From Nitrospinaceae bacterium (GTDB lineage: Bacteria; Nitrospinota; Nitrospinia; Nitrospinales; Nitrospinaceae), in contig OZ250172.1 of NCBI GenBank assembly GCA_965237905.1, positions 1,760,001 through 1,824,000 on the forward strand: a stretch of DNA of 64,000 nt. Direction: 5' to 3'. Below, in pieces: positions 29,598 to 39,750 of this stretch (its first letter is position 1; each line of letters opens with the position of its first letter). The translations under genes and the position numbers were made by a program. Below the pieces are notes generated by a model. The model was not told the DNA's origin and made no database searches. It was given only the letters and a program-made list of their open reading frames with translations.

Positions 29598-30161
29598 CTA
29601 TTTTATTGTGTATCGGAAACAATCGACTGTGTGATCGTTCACCATTCCCGTGGCCTGCATGAAGGCGTAGCAGATAGTACTGCCGACGAATTTGAATCCC
29701 CGTTTTTTCATGTCCTTGCTCATGGCGTCGCTTTCGGGCGTGTTGGCGGGGATCTCAGAAAGTTTTTTCCATTTATTCCGAATGGTCTTACCGCCGACAA
29801 AGGACCAACAATATTTACTGAAGGTGCCGAACTCTTTGCAGACTTTCAGGTAAGCGCGGGAGTTAATCCGGACGGAATAGACCTTGAGCCGGTTGCGGAT
29901 AATTCCCGGATCTTTCAAAATCTTTTCCAGTTGCTTATCGGTCAGGCGGGACAGTTTCTCAGGATCGAACTGCTTAAATATTTTGCGGTAGTTTTCGCGG
30001 CGGTTGAGGATGGTTTCCCACGAGAGTCCCGCCTGCGCTCCTTCGAGGATAAGGAATTCGAACAATTTGCGGTCTTTTTTTACGGGCTTGCCCCACTCCT
30101 TGTCGTGATAAGCAACCATCAAGGGATTTTTAGAGCCGACCCATTCGCATCGTTTTTTCAT
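29598..30161 (-). CDS. tag: DNA-3-methyladenine glycosylase I
   Basis: RCEW, YHDKEWG, LEGAQAGLSW, IIRNRLK, GMVNDHTVDC. Confidence 0.96.
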   Translation of the reverse strand: MKKRCEWVGSKNPLMVAYHDKEWGKPVKKDRKLFEFLILEGAQAGLSWETILNRRENYRKIFKQFDPEKLSRLTDKQLEKILKDPGIIRNRLKVYSVRINSRAYLKVCKEFGTFSKYCWSFVGGKTIRNKWKKLSEIPANTPESDAMSKDMKKRGFKFVGSTICYAFMQATGMVNDHTVDCFRYTIK

Positions 30162-30289
30162 AATCCGTTGCTCTGTATAATGAGAAGCCATATTTTATAC
30201 AGAAATCAGATAAATGTCACGATGGGTTTTCCTGTAAGATGAATGCAGTACTGGAGACCAAACAACCGGAATATGAAACAGGGAGTTCT

Positions 30290-30679
30290 ATGAAATCTTT
30301 CATTGAGTTTAATAAAAAGATTTTGGGGATGAAATTCCCCTGGAACCTGTGGTTAGGGTTGCTGGGTCTGGTTAACGTCGGGGGTGGCCTGTTTTACATC
30401 CGCACGATGGAAGGCCAGTTGGCTTTGGTCTGCATGATGGCGGCCTTTTTGATTATGTGGGGTATTTATGTCAAAAAGGGATTCGTCCGCTTGTTAGGGC
30501 TGGGGCATCTGATTGCCTGGATGCCGCAGGTCGTCTGGTACGTCCAGGTGGTCGGAGACACGGCGGGGTGGTTCCAATACTGGCTGATCTCTGTCCTGGC
30601 CGTTAATGGGTTGTCCCTGGTGATCGACTTTGTGGACGTGGTCCGTTATTCCCTCGGCAATAAGCAACCGATCGGCTAA
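30290..30679 (+). CDS. Small multi-TM membrane protein
   Basis: Four hydrophobic segments, GFVRLLGLGHL motif; GGGAG RBS. Confidence 0.7.
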   Translation: MKSFIEFNKKILGMKFPWNLWLGLLGLVNVGGGLFYIRTMEGQLALVCMMAAFLIMWGIYVKKGFVRLLGLGHLIAWMPQVVWYVQVVGDTAGWFQYWLISVLAVNGLSLVIDFVDVVRYSLGNKQPIG

Positions 30680-30682
30680 CGA

Positions 30683-31042
30683 TTACTCCGCGTCGCGGTT
30701 GACCGTATCCGGTGTGAACGCGGGAAGGCATACCGCGATGTATTCCGCTCCGCCCGGTGTGCTGTAGCGCACCCATTCCCCTTTATGCACGGTGATCGCC
30801 TGCCCCGCATTAACTTCAAAAACTTTTGCCTGCGTTTCCACGAATAGAGTTCCCTTGAGCACTACCGTGTATTCATCAAACTCCGGCGTTTGCCCCGGCT
30901 CCTTCCAACCCGCCGGACTCTCCATCTTGGCAATGCTGATCCCTTTCGTACCGCTGTTCACGCAGCCGATGAACTCCTTGATGATTTTCGGTATATTCCC
31001 CGGCGCTTCAATAATTTTAGGCGAATCAATAAATTCGGGCAT
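30683..31042 (-). CDS. Cupin domain protein (EutQ-like)
   Basis: EPGQTPEFDEYTVVLKG, GEWVRYSTP, YIAVCLPAF. Confidence 0.85.
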   Translation of the reverse strand: MPEFIDSPKIIEAPGNIPKIIKEFIGCVNSGTKGISIAKMESPAGWKEPGQTPEFDEYTVVLKGTLFVETQAKVFEVNAGQAITVHKGEWVRYSTPGGAEYIAVCLPAFTPDTVNRDAE

Positions 31043-31191
31043 AGCGTTTCCTTGAATAATTGTAAGGATCATTAGGGTTTGACTTGAAATCTACGCAATT
31101 ATTGGGATTATAGTACCAGACTTGAATGAGGCGGGGAATCAGTAATTGTCCAACTTATGCCGGGTTGGCTGGAGAGTTGAATGGAAATTAT

Positions 31192-31392
31192 CTATCGCAT
31201 TTTGAAAAGTTTGAAAAATCCAAAGGCCGCGCACAGGCCGCCGAGGACCAGCATCACCATGGCTTTATCGGGCGGGGCGCCGTTCAGCGCCTGATTGAGT
31301 TTGGAGGAAACCGATTGGGTAATATTGTAGCCCCAGAACAGCAGAACCCCTCCTGCCGCCAGCATGACGATTCCCTGTACTTTATTTTTCAT
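31192..31392 (-). CDS. DUF3185-like small membrane protein
   Basis: GGVLLFWG...SSKLNQALNGAPPDKA...GG pattern; AGGAG RBS. Confidence 0.65.
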   Translation of the reverse strand: MKNKVQGIVMLAAGGVLLFWGYNITQSVSSKLNQALNGAPPDKAMVMLVLGGLCAAFGFFKLFKMR

Positions 31393-31516
31393 GCTCTCTC
31401 CTTTTCAAATATTGACAAATCAATACTCCATCAGGTTAAAGGATTTAGTGGAAAAATAACACAAATTTTGAAGCCAGAATCCGGAAAGATGGCGGGAGTA
31501 AGGGTATAATCATTTT

Positions 31517-31948
31517 ATGTCCAGCCATTTCTTCCAGAAAGACGATACGACCTCTCCTCCGGTGATGTTGTTTGATGGGGTGTGCAAACTCTGCAACGGG
31601 AGTATGAATTTCATTTTACGAGTCGATCGGAAAGGGCAGCTGAAATTGGCGTCCTTGCAGTCGGATTATGGCCGCCAGGTTTTAGCATCGCATGAAATAA
31701 AATCCGATCCGATGGATTCCATGATTTTGCTGGAGGGCACGCGGTTGACCACGAAATCCACCGCCATGATCCGGATTTCCAAATATCTGGGTGGGGCGTG
31801 GCCACTGTGCATGATCGCGCTCGTCGTCCCCCGCTTTATTCGCGATTTCATTTATGATATTGTCGCCAAAAACCGCTACCGCTGGTTTGGAAAATACGAC
31901 ACTTGCCGCTTGCCCGATCCTGAATTTGAGGATCGGTTTTACACGTAA
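31517..31948 (+). CDS. DCC1/YuxK-like thiol-disulfide oxidoreductase (DUF393)
   Basis: FDGVCKLC, SLQS, RDFIYDIVAKNRYRWFG. Confidence 0.9.
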   Translation: MSSHFFQKDDTTSPPVMLFDGVCKLCNGSMNFILRVDRKGQLKLASLQSDYGRQVLASHEIKSDPMDSMILLEGTRLTTKSTAMIRISKYLGGAWPLCMIALVVPRFIRDFIYDIVAKNRYRWFGKYDTCRLPDPEFEDRFYT

Positions 31949-32064
31949 AATTAATGATGGGGACCGCTTAAAAGATTTCTCTGGAGAATGTCTGGCAGGG
32001 ATCGCTTACGGCGTAGGCGAATTCCGAGAATTTGGAATGATAGGATTTTTCTTTTAACGCTGAA

Positions 32065-32553
32065 TTATTTGGAGTTCCAGGGTTTGCCGTCGATCAGCAA
32101 ATCTTTAATCTGAGCTTTACCGTCGGTCATAACAGAAATGACGATACTTCCCTTTTTGGACCTCACATCTTTATCCAATTTCTCCGCTTGGTCTTCCGGG
32201 ATATAAAACCGTTCGATCCCCGCTTTAAATTGGTTGCCCCTACAAGTCCCTTTAATTACGACTTCACAACTTTCCGGTTTGCTGTGCGAAAATTGTTTGG
32301 GTTTGAGGCAGACGTATCCAGTTACAACTGCATGCGATCTTTTTTTGGGTGGCTGGCAAAGGTCTTTCACGCCGTAATCCACCCGATAAATTAGATAGTG
32401 GCCGGAAAGGAGGTCCCTGGGATCATAGCCTTCAATAGGAAGAGTGACTTCCTGCCCATAAGTTACCCTATAGTGTTTGTATCCTGTTAAAAAACCCAGA
32501 GCTACAATGGGGAACAGTAACGCACTAATCAAAATTATCTTAGGCCGGTTCAT
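32065..32553 (-). CDS. GDYXXLXY-domain membrane-anchored protein
   Basis: DPRDLLSGHYLIYRVDY, GIERFYIPE; ATGA overlap with the DUF2157 gene. Confidence 0.8.
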   Translation of the reverse strand: MNRPKIILISALLFPIVALGFLTGYKHYRVTYGQEVTLPIEGYDPRDLLSGHYLIYRVDYGVKDLCQPPKKRSHAVVTGYVCLKPKQFSHSKPESCEVVIKGTCRGNQFKAGIERFYIPEDQAEKLDKDVRSKKGSIVISVMTDGKAQIKDLLIDGKPWNSK

Positions 32554-33691
32554 TTTAAAAGTCCCTCCGACCATGTGGCCATCTGCAAACGATATTTGTT
32601 CCAGTAAACCACCATACCAATGATGAGACCCCCTGATAGAATCAATCCAAATCCCGTCACAGCAAGTCCGCCAAAAGCCTGAAAGTAAAGTATTAAAAAT
32701 CGGACGCCGATGAGAAAAATTAAAAGCTGGAAGAGTTTTCGCCGTTTAAGACTGGCCAGGAAAATAGCCAGCAAACCCAAAATAATCAGGGTGCATAAGG
32801 CGAATATGATTTCGCCGTCCTTAATGACATAAATCAGATGGAAGGGCAAGAAATAAAAAGCGAGGAAGATCATCAGGAGTATTTTCTGTGGATGGGTATA
32901 TGCTGAATTTGACCAGATACCCAAAACTGCAGTGACGGCCAAAATATAATTTGGAAAGTAAGTCAGAAACCCTGATTCGGGTTGACCGTAACAGCCTGCA
33001 TAACCAATAAACCAGCCCTCGACAACAAACAGGGCCATAATGATTCCAATTAAAGCCCATACGGTGAAGGCTCGCGTCAGCCCAACTTCGCCCAGATATT
33101 TTCTGCTGAGCATGGCCAAAACGCCACTCAAAAGAGGAACAGCCATAAAAACGCCGGAATAATCTTTTTGATATAGGGGTTGAAAAGCTGGGCTGGTTAA
33201 TGCAGTGCAAATGAGTGCGATGAAAAAACCGGATACCCAAAGAAAGGGACCGAAAGATCTTTTGGATATGATTGGAATTCCCGCGGTGATCAGCGACCAA
33301 AGCATCAGGGCTTGATACAGTTTGCCACCCGTATGGTAGATTTGTGAAATCAAGCCGATGGATGCCAGGCAAAGAAACAGAAAACAAACCAGCAACACTT
33401 CGAACTGAATAGATTTTTTTTCTCCCAGGTATGATGGATTCCAATCGCTAAACCGATCAGCAACAGGAAATCGAGCCCCAGCTTAACGGCATCTGGAATG
33501 TCATCCCAATTGGCGGCGATGAGTGAAATGAACCCAATGCTGATGATGGTGGCGCCCAGAATCAGAAAACTGTACAGTACCCAGGAACTGCCGGGCGCAT
33601 TGGCTTCGTATTGACGAATTCCTTCCGCCTGTTCCCGGCTGATGATATTGTTCGACACCCAATCGTGGAGCCGCTTTTCGAGTCGTGACAT
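32550..33691 (-). pseudogene. DUF2157 membrane protein split by a 1-nt frameshift at an A8 tract (real or sequencing artefact)
   Basis: ORF 33350-33691 (IAANWDDIP) and ORF 32550-33398 (LISQIYH) join if the tract at 33414-33421 is 9 nt. Confidence 0.75.
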
Positions 33692-33833
33692 ATCAATAGG
33701 TTAAAGGATATCCGCCAAAACTAACATATAAATTTTATCACGGGTAAATGTAGGCGGGGCAGGCCTGGGATGAAAAAAGCGGGAGGCAGTGAATCCATTC
33801 CGGATTGCGGAAAACCTCTATTATTTGATCGGC

Positions 33834-34241
33834 TTAAAAAACTTCCGTGTTGAATACCTGGCAGGGATTACTTACCGTGTTGGAATCCCCGGAGACGGAG
33901 AACAGGGGAGCCGGGTACTGAAAGGCGCCGCTTTTCAAATCCTTCCCGGGCGAGTAAGACCAGTCGGGATCGGCGGCCAGTTTGGGGAATTTTTTTGTAA
34001 ACTCTTCGTGCTTAGGATAGCGGGCGTACTCCATACAAAAGTTGACAATATAAGCCCTTACGATCTTGGCCTCCTGCACCGTTACGGAATCCTTTTTGTA
34101 ACCCTTGGCCTGCTGAACCGTTGGAGAATGCTTGGACTGAGGCACCGTTTTGGAGTCCTTCATATACAAACTCACCCCCACACCCCCAAACAACAAGAGA
34201 CCCAAAACAATTGTAACGATTAGGCTTTTCTTCGATTTCAT
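33834..34241 (-). CDS. Hypothetical single-TM protein
   Basis: MKSKKSLIV-hydrophobic N-terminus; start chosen at second Met. Confidence 0.5.
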   Translation of the reverse strand: MKSKKSLIVTIVLGLLLFGGVGVSLYMKDSKTVPQSKHSPTVQQAKGYKKDSVTVQEAKIVRAYIVNFCMEYARYPKHEEFTKKFPKLAADPDWSYSPGKDLKSGAFQYPAPLFSVSGDSNTVSNPCQVFNTEVF

Positions 34242-34366
34242 AGAATCAGTATAACAGGCAGGAAAACAAATTCGAGACAAGAGGCTCAACGAGTCGGCAA
34301 TTCAGCCTTTTACAATGGAAAAGAATGGCCTGGCGAAATCAGCTCTGGACCTTGTGCGGCTTCTGC

Positions 34367-34389
34367 CAAGCTCGCCCTCCGCGAAGGAG
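34367..34389. repeat. CAAGCTCGCCCTCCGCGnAGGAG repeat
   Basis: Near-identical to 36315-36337. Confidence 0.7.
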
Positions 34390-34392
34390 TTG

Positions 34393-34914
34393 TTACTCTG
34401 TCATCTTTTTTTGCCTTATCTTGGCGATAATCATATAACCAATGGCGACGCTGCATAAACCAAAAAGCCCAATGGCAGCATAGGCTATCAGAGGATTTTT
34501 CCCTTTAAGAAGAATCCAAATCCCCAGCCCAACGAAACCAAGGGATGTGAATTCAAGGATAATGAGGGTGGGAAGATTATGGGATTTCGCCGAATTCTTG
34601 TACGCTTCGGACACTCGCAGTTTTTCTTCGGTTTTCTGCAAGCCTTTGGTAAGTTTCTTGACTGTGAAACAATACCAGACAATAAAAACAGGCAACAGTA
34701 CAAGATTCAGCCAGGCCCCGACAGTCACTTGGATGATAACGATAGCGGGGATCATAATGATATATATTGTTTTGATCAATCCACGGATCTGGTCCTTCCG
34801 GTCTTCGGAATCAATGATGAACCCTGACCCAAAGATTCCCCACGGATAAAACAATGTGTTTCCCGATGCATCTTTCTTAAAAATTGCATCTGTCACGCCA
34901 TCAAAATAGCCCAT
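34393..34914 (-). CDS. Hypothetical 4-TM membrane protein
   Basis: MGYFDG...FKKD.GNTLFYPWG; AAGGA RBS. Confidence 0.7.
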   Translation of the reverse strand: MGYFDGVTDAIFKKDASGNTLFYPWGIFGSGFIIDSEDRKDQIRGLIKTIYIIMIPAIVIIQVTVGAWLNLVLLPVFIVWYCFTVKKLTKGLQKTEEKLRVSEAYKNSAKSHNLPTLIILEFTSLGFVGLGIWILLKGKNPLIAYAAIGLFGLCSVAIGYMIIAKIRQKKMTE

Positions 34915-34950
34915 ATTTTCCTTGAACAAGCGTTGCCCCGCCCACCACAT

Positions 34951-36210
34951 CTATTTGCTTTCAGACAATTTCCATAGGTTAGTGGATTCATTGAAGAAAA
35001 ACTGTCTCCAGTAGCGATCGTTGTCACTGTCATACTGACCAAAACAATCGTTTATCTGCGGCGCTCCGCCCAGCATTCTTAAAATCTCGATAAGGGAGCG
35101 CCATTCTTTGTTAAGCGACCGGGCTCTTCCCCCCTTCGGTCCATTGGATTTTTTTAGTCTGCGCCAATGTGTGGGAAGAGAACTGGCAGCTACCGAACCC
35201 CGTTCTATAGCTATAAAATGTTTTATTTGTAATTGATGGCTGCAATTGCGCCTCAATGCGTAAATATTTTTTTTGACTAGATATCCTCTATCTGCTATGT
35301 AGCGATTCTTATCTGCGCCGTATTGCAACAAAAGACGGACGGCCGATGCATCCTTCATATTGATCGCGAAAGCCAGTGGATCATGAACACCACCGCTTTC
35401 CTTATTGACATTGAAATGCCTGAGAAGCATTTCAAGGACTTGGTAGTTTTTAGATCGAATTGCGGTTAAAACGGAATTAAGAGTGACCGGTGAGCCCTTT
35501 TTAATGAGCGTCTCCACAATGAAGGGCTTTTCATCCCCCTTGATGACAACCTGATCATCCAAGTTTCTGGAAAGTTGATTGAGTACCTCTTGTTGAAGCT
35601 TCGGGTTTCCCTTAAGGCGTCCGGTTTCCGCTCTCAAATAAGAATAGGGAGAAACGCGATTGGATTCGCACAGTGGAGAGACTCCTTTGTCCATATATCG
35701 CTCGATCGATTTCAGATCGCCCGTCGCCACGGCGATTTTCAAATAGGAGCATTTCAGATTGCGATGAAAGCCGCTGGATTTTTCCACGACGGCAGTAAGG
35801 GTTTCGGCGTCGTGAAGGGATTCCGCGATGCTTAAAAACCTCCCGGTCTGGTATTTGTCGATACACCAGGAATCCATGAGATCCACATCCCGGCTTTTCT
35901 TGAATTCCGAGAGAACACGGTTGGCGCAAGAAGCTTTGATGTTTTGAAATGGTCCGTGATAAGCGATATAACCGCCAAAATAACCAATGTAAATTACCAG
36001 AAAGAGCATGGCTATGCGGGGATACTTTTTCTGAATCCACGCCACCACGATGCCGCAGACCAGACCCAGTAAAATCGCGGCGGGAAGGATGTACAGAGCC
36101 GCAAAACCCCCACCATCGGGCATCTGCCTTAACCAAATGTAAGACGCCCGCCAGGTAAGGGCACTCAAAGCCAGCGGGTAAACCAGATACCGGAATTTAA
36201 ATTTGCTCAT
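34951..36210 (-). CDS. Membrane-anchored ankyrin-repeat protein
   Basis: Three N-terminal TM segments; PLAFAINMKDASAVRLLLQYGAD and related ankyrin-like units. Confidence 0.65.
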   Translation of the reverse strand: MSKFKFRYLVYPLALSALTWRASYIWLRQMPDGGGFAALYILPAAILLGLVCGIVVAWIQKKYPRIAMLFLVIYIGYFGGYIAYHGPFQNIKASCANRVLSEFKKSRDVDLMDSWCIDKYQTGRFLSIAESLHDAETLTAVVEKSSGFHRNLKCSYLKIAVATGDLKSIERYMDKGVSPLCESNRVSPYSYLRAETGRLKGNPKLQQEVLNQLSRNLDDQVVIKGDEKPFIVETLIKKGSPVTLNSVLTAIRSKNYQVLEMLLRHFNVNKESGGVHDPLAFAINMKDASAVRLLLQYGADKNRYIADRGYLVKKNIYALRRNCSHQLQIKHFIAIERGSVAASSLPTHWRRLKKSNGPKGGRARSLNKEWRSLIEILRMLGGAPQINDCFGQYDSDNDRYWRQFFFNESTNLWKLSESK

Positions 36211-36314
36211 ATTGGCAGTATAAAACCAGAGTGGAGAGAAGTACAGCGGCACGCCGGGTGGAGTGCCTCCACACGCAGTTTGAATGAAACTCAAGCAACT
36301 TTGCCCGTCGTGAG

Positions 36315-36452
36315 CAAGCTCGCCCTCCGCGTAGGAGGCGGAGAACCTCCGCAGGTAATATACACTTTAATGGCGGAGATAAAGGCTGGTTTGCTCAACC
36401 AAGTGTCAGCCAATTTCGCCCTCCGCGTAGGAGCTCGCCCTCTGCGGAAGAG
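36315..36452. repeat. Cluster of short repeats abutting the tmRNA 3' end
   Basis: Three TCGCCCTC(C/T)GCG units (about 36319, 36416, 36434) plus hairpin GCGGAG-AAC-CTCCGC 36338-36352. Confidence 0.7.
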
Positions 36453-36814
36453 TGGTGGAGGCGGGGGGAATCGAACCCCCGTCCGAAAGTCGTCAACGCA
36501 AAGCGTCTACATGCTTATTTCGCTCTTTGGGTCTCGTTCGAGCTACTCCAGCGAACAGGATTTCACCCGAACCAGTCTCTCAATCACCGCATACCCCCGA
36601 GACACTGGGTACGAAGCTCGTTCGCTAAAGTGACGTTCTTCTAAACCTCACGAACAAAAGAATAGAGAACGGTAACCAAGTAAAACGAGTTTACGCGGCT
36701 ACTGCATAGTCATAATCATTGGCGATTATGGTTTGTGCCGTTTTTTTACGGGCCAACGGCATCCCGTGCATGCAACTTTGATCTCAATACTCCCGTCGAA
36801 TCCAGATCGCCCCC
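36453..36814 (-). ncRNA. ssrA: tmRNA, tag peptide (A)ANDYDYAVAA* at 36723-36691
   Basis: 5' GGGGGCGATCTGGATTCGAC, 3' GGTTCGATTCCCCCCGCCTCCACCA, G.U pair at acceptor position 3, 362 nt. Confidence 0.97.
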
Positions 36815-36997
36815 AAAATTGAGGTGTGTGAGGAGTGAGTTCCTATCTATAATATAACATCCCCGCCAGGGAATTCCAATGCCTATCAGCTTCGGGGGAA
36901 TCGTCTAAAGCGTTTAATCTAAAGGAGTTTCTCTATTCGTGGAGGGAGAGGGGGAAGAAACTTTTCAGTCGGGATGATATCTATAATTTTACCAAAA

Positions 36998-37354
36998 CTA
37001 CCATTGCCAAGTGTGGACGGGGGGATACAGAATGGTGGACTCCAGTTCATAGGTTTCACCCAGATGAGAATGAACCAACTCCAGCTTGATATCATTCGTA
37101 ATTTCATCCGGGAAAAATTCCACCAGCGTGTTGTAACAGACCAGCGCCTCATCATAGGCATTGAAGATTTGATGCCCGGGAGTGTTGAGGATTTCGACTG
37201 CATAATCCCGCCCCGCATCGTCCCATTGCCAGAGGCGCACTACGTAATGGCTGACGGACTGGAAAGTATCAGACAGAGGCAAGCCAGCTTTATAGCGGGC
37301 TTCATAAATATCCTGCGCCGTATGGACCTGTCCCTTAAAAGAATATTTGTACAT
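36998..37354 (-). CDS. Hypothetical protein, paralog A
   Basis: Aligns end to end with 37484-37840; GGGGGA RBS. Confidence 0.75.
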   Translation of the reverse strand: MYKYSFKGQVHTAQDIYEARYKAGLPLSDTFQSVSHYVVRLWQWDDAGRDYAVEILNTPGHQIFNAYDEALVCYNTLVEFFPDEITNDIKLELVHSHLGETYELESTILYPPVHTWQW

Positions 37355-37483
37355 GTGGTCCCCCCCTACGATGACCATCATCCGGTGGCCCGGAATGCAG
37401 ACTTAACGCATGGATAGTAATGAAAATGGATGGCAGGCGCAAGTGAAAAGACTCCTATCCATTAATCTTTTTAAAACAATGCG

Positions 37484-37840
37484 TTATGGCTCTCTTGCCA
37501 GCACGGGCGGAAATAGAATTTTCGAATACAAAGTGCTGATCTTTCCCCGGTGGTACTGAATCAACTCCAGTTTGATCTCCTCTGCGGCTTCCTCCGGATA
37601 ATCGGTTGCAAGAGCATTAAAACAAGTCAGCGCGTCATCATACTCTTTGAACACCTGATGTCCCGGTGCATCGAAAACCTCGATGGAGTGGTCTTTTTCC
37701 GTCTCGTCCCAATGCCAAATGCGAACGATGAAATGATCGATCGGGTTGATCCCCTCCGGCAGGACAAATTCCGTTTGCCACCTCGCCTCATGGAATCCAG
37801 GCGCAAAATGGATCCGGTTGTTATGTAAGAATTTATACAT
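37484..37840 (-). CDS. Hypothetical protein, paralog B
   Basis: Shares MYK, EAR, VRxWxWD, PGHQxF, YDxAL, IKLEL, ILxPPV with paralog A; AGGGGG RBS. Confidence 0.75.
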   Translation of the reverse strand: MYKFLHNNRIHFAPGFHEARWQTEFVLPEGINPIDHFIVRIWHWDETEKDHSIEVFDAPGHQVFKEYDDALTCFNALATDYPEEAAEEIKLELIQYHRGKISTLYSKILFPPVLAREP

Positions 37841-38037
37841 TATTGATTCCCCCTTTCCACAGTTGTCGTCATAGAATTTTCCCCTAATCCTAATATAATT
37901 CTAAGACCGGATTACGGCACATTTTATTCCCCTTCAAAAATCAGGGTTTATCGTTTGCAAAGCATTTATGGTAAATTAGCCCTTCATTTACAGGCGAAAT
38001 AATAGCGAAGTGGTCAATCACCCAAACGGAGGTCATC

Positions 38038-38856
38038 ATGTTTTCAGGGCTTGATATCGAAAAAATGGTAACGATTTATGTGGTTCCCTGGTTCATCAAT
38101 ATCGCGTTGGCAATCGTCGTTTTTATTGTGGGGCGGTTAATCGCCAAAGGCCTGGTTAAGGTGCTTGAGCGGCTTCTTGTCAGAGCGAAAGTGGACTCTA
38201 TGCTGGTTGAGTTCATCGGATCGATTGCCAGTGCCGCGTTGTTTCTCTTTGTCATTATCGCCTCGCTGGATATGCTGGGCGTCAATACCACTTCACTGAT
38301 CGCCATGTTAGGCGCGGCGGGTTTGGCGGTGGGACTGGCGCTTCAGGGCTCGTTGCAGAACTTTGCCTCTGGTGTCCTGTTGATTATATTTCGCCCCTTC
38401 CAGGTAGGCAATTTTATTGAAGCGGGAGGAATCGCCGGCACGGTCGAAAAAATCACCATTTTCAACACCATCATGCTGACTCCGGATAACCGGGAAATCA
38501 TCGTCCCCAATGGTGCTGTTTACGGCGGAACCATCACCAATATATCGGCACGCGATACCCGGCGGATCGACATGGTATTTGGCATTGGTTATGGAGACGA
38601 CATTAAAAAAGCCAAAGATATTCTGATGAAAGCCATGGAGTCTGATGAGCGAATATTGAAGGACCCGGCACCTATGGTCGCCCTTGCGGAACTGGCGGAC
38701 AGCAGTGTGAATTTTGTGGTGCGGCCCTGGGTCAATGCCGCGGACTATTGGGCCGTCAAATTTGAGTTTACTGAAAAAATCAAATTAACCTTTGATGAAA
38801 ATGGCGTTTCCATTCCATTCCCGCAAATGGATGTCCATATGGATCAGGCGGCTTAA
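38038..38856 (+). CDS. mscS: Small-conductance mechanosensitive channel
   Basis: GAAGLAVGLALQGSLQNFASG, RPFQVG, IPFPQMDV. Confidence 0.95.
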   Translation: MFSGLDIEKMVTIYVVPWFINIALAIVVFIVGRLIAKGLVKVLERLLVRAKVDSMLVEFIGSIASAALFLFVIIASLDMLGVNTTSLIAMLGAAGLAVGLALQGSLQNFASGVLLIIFRPFQVGNFIEAGGIAGTVEKITIFNTIMLTPDNREIIVPNGAVYGGTITNISARDTRRIDMVFGIGYGDDIKKAKDILMKAMESDERILKDPAPMVALAELADSSVNFVVRPWVNAADYWAVKFEFTEKIKLTFDENGVSIPFPQMDVHMDQAA

Positions 38857-38877
38857 GGGGAATATTCGGTTTTCGGT

Positions 38878-39636
38878 TTAATGGATTTGTGATCGGTTTT
38901 CCAGCCAAGTGACGCCTTTGGATAAGAGGAGGGTCAGCAGCAGGTAGGTCAGGGCGATATAGGTGTAGGTCTCAAAGTAATTGAAGTGGCGTGTGGCGTA
39001 TTCGTTGGCCACGCGCAGAATATCCGAAATGGCCAGCACCGAGACCAGGCTGGTATCCTTCAGCATGCCCAGCGTCTGGTTGCCGACGGCGGGGACGATG
39101 GTCCGCATTGCCTGCGGCAGAATGATCTGGAACATGGCCTGGCGTTCGTTCATGCCCAAACTGCGTGCCGCTTCACCTTGCTCCTTCGCAATGGCCTCCA
39201 CTCCGGCGCGGATCACATCCGCCATGTAGGCGCCGTAGCAGAACCCGAATCCCAATACCGCTGCTGCCAGTTTGTGGATACTGAAAAATTCTCCCAGCGC
39301 GTAATAAATATAAAACAACAGGACCAGCAGGGGAATGCCGCGCAGAATTTCAGTATAAAGCGATGCGGTCACCAATACTGCTTTGTTGCGCGATAGTTTG
39401 GCGAGGCCCACCAGCAAGCCCACGGCAATCGCCGCCGTGCTTCCCATCAACGTCACGCCTAAGGTATAGGCGATTCCCATAGGCAGTAGTTTAAGTAGTG
39501 CCAGGTAGCCGCCTTCGATTTCCCGTTCCAGAAAAATTTCCTGCGCGGGCAGGTAGACCAGGAATACGAAGCTGAACACCACCGCCACGTTCCAGCCCCA
39601 ATGGGTCATTGCGTTGGTGTGAGCGGGTGTTTTCAT
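38878..39636 (-). CDS. Polar amino acid ABC transporter permease
   Basis: RGIPLLV, GAYMADVIRAG, EAARSLGM, ILPQA, LKDTSL. Confidence 0.93.
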   Translation of the reverse strand: MKTPAHTNAMTHWGWNVAVVFSFVFLVYLPAQEIFLEREIEGGYLALLKLLPMGIAYTLGVTLMGSTAAIAVGLLVGLAKLSRNKAVLVTASLYTEILRGIPLLVLLFYIYYALGEFFSIHKLAAAVLGFGFCYGAYMADVIRAGVEAIAKEQGEAARSLGMNERQAMFQIILPQAMRTIVPAVGNQTLGMLKDTSLVSVLAISDILRVANEYATRHFNYFETYTYIALTYLLLTLLLSKGVTWLENRSQIH

Positions 39637-39750
39637 GAATTATAGGTCGCCGGAGATACTTGCGTAAGTCCAGATTTCTGAGTTTGACTTCATTCCTCCT
39701 CCTCGGAGAGAGCTTTGCGGAAGTAACTGATTGTTCAATACAGTGGTCCA

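Noticed and set aside
29003..36452. Classical ssrA-integrated island or integron
   Set aside because: No integrase, no duplicated tmRNA 3' end found by eye, mixed gene orientation, no convincing attC sites
36280..36633. 117 aa ORF over the tmRNA region
   Set aside because: Antisense to tmRNA and its flanking repeats
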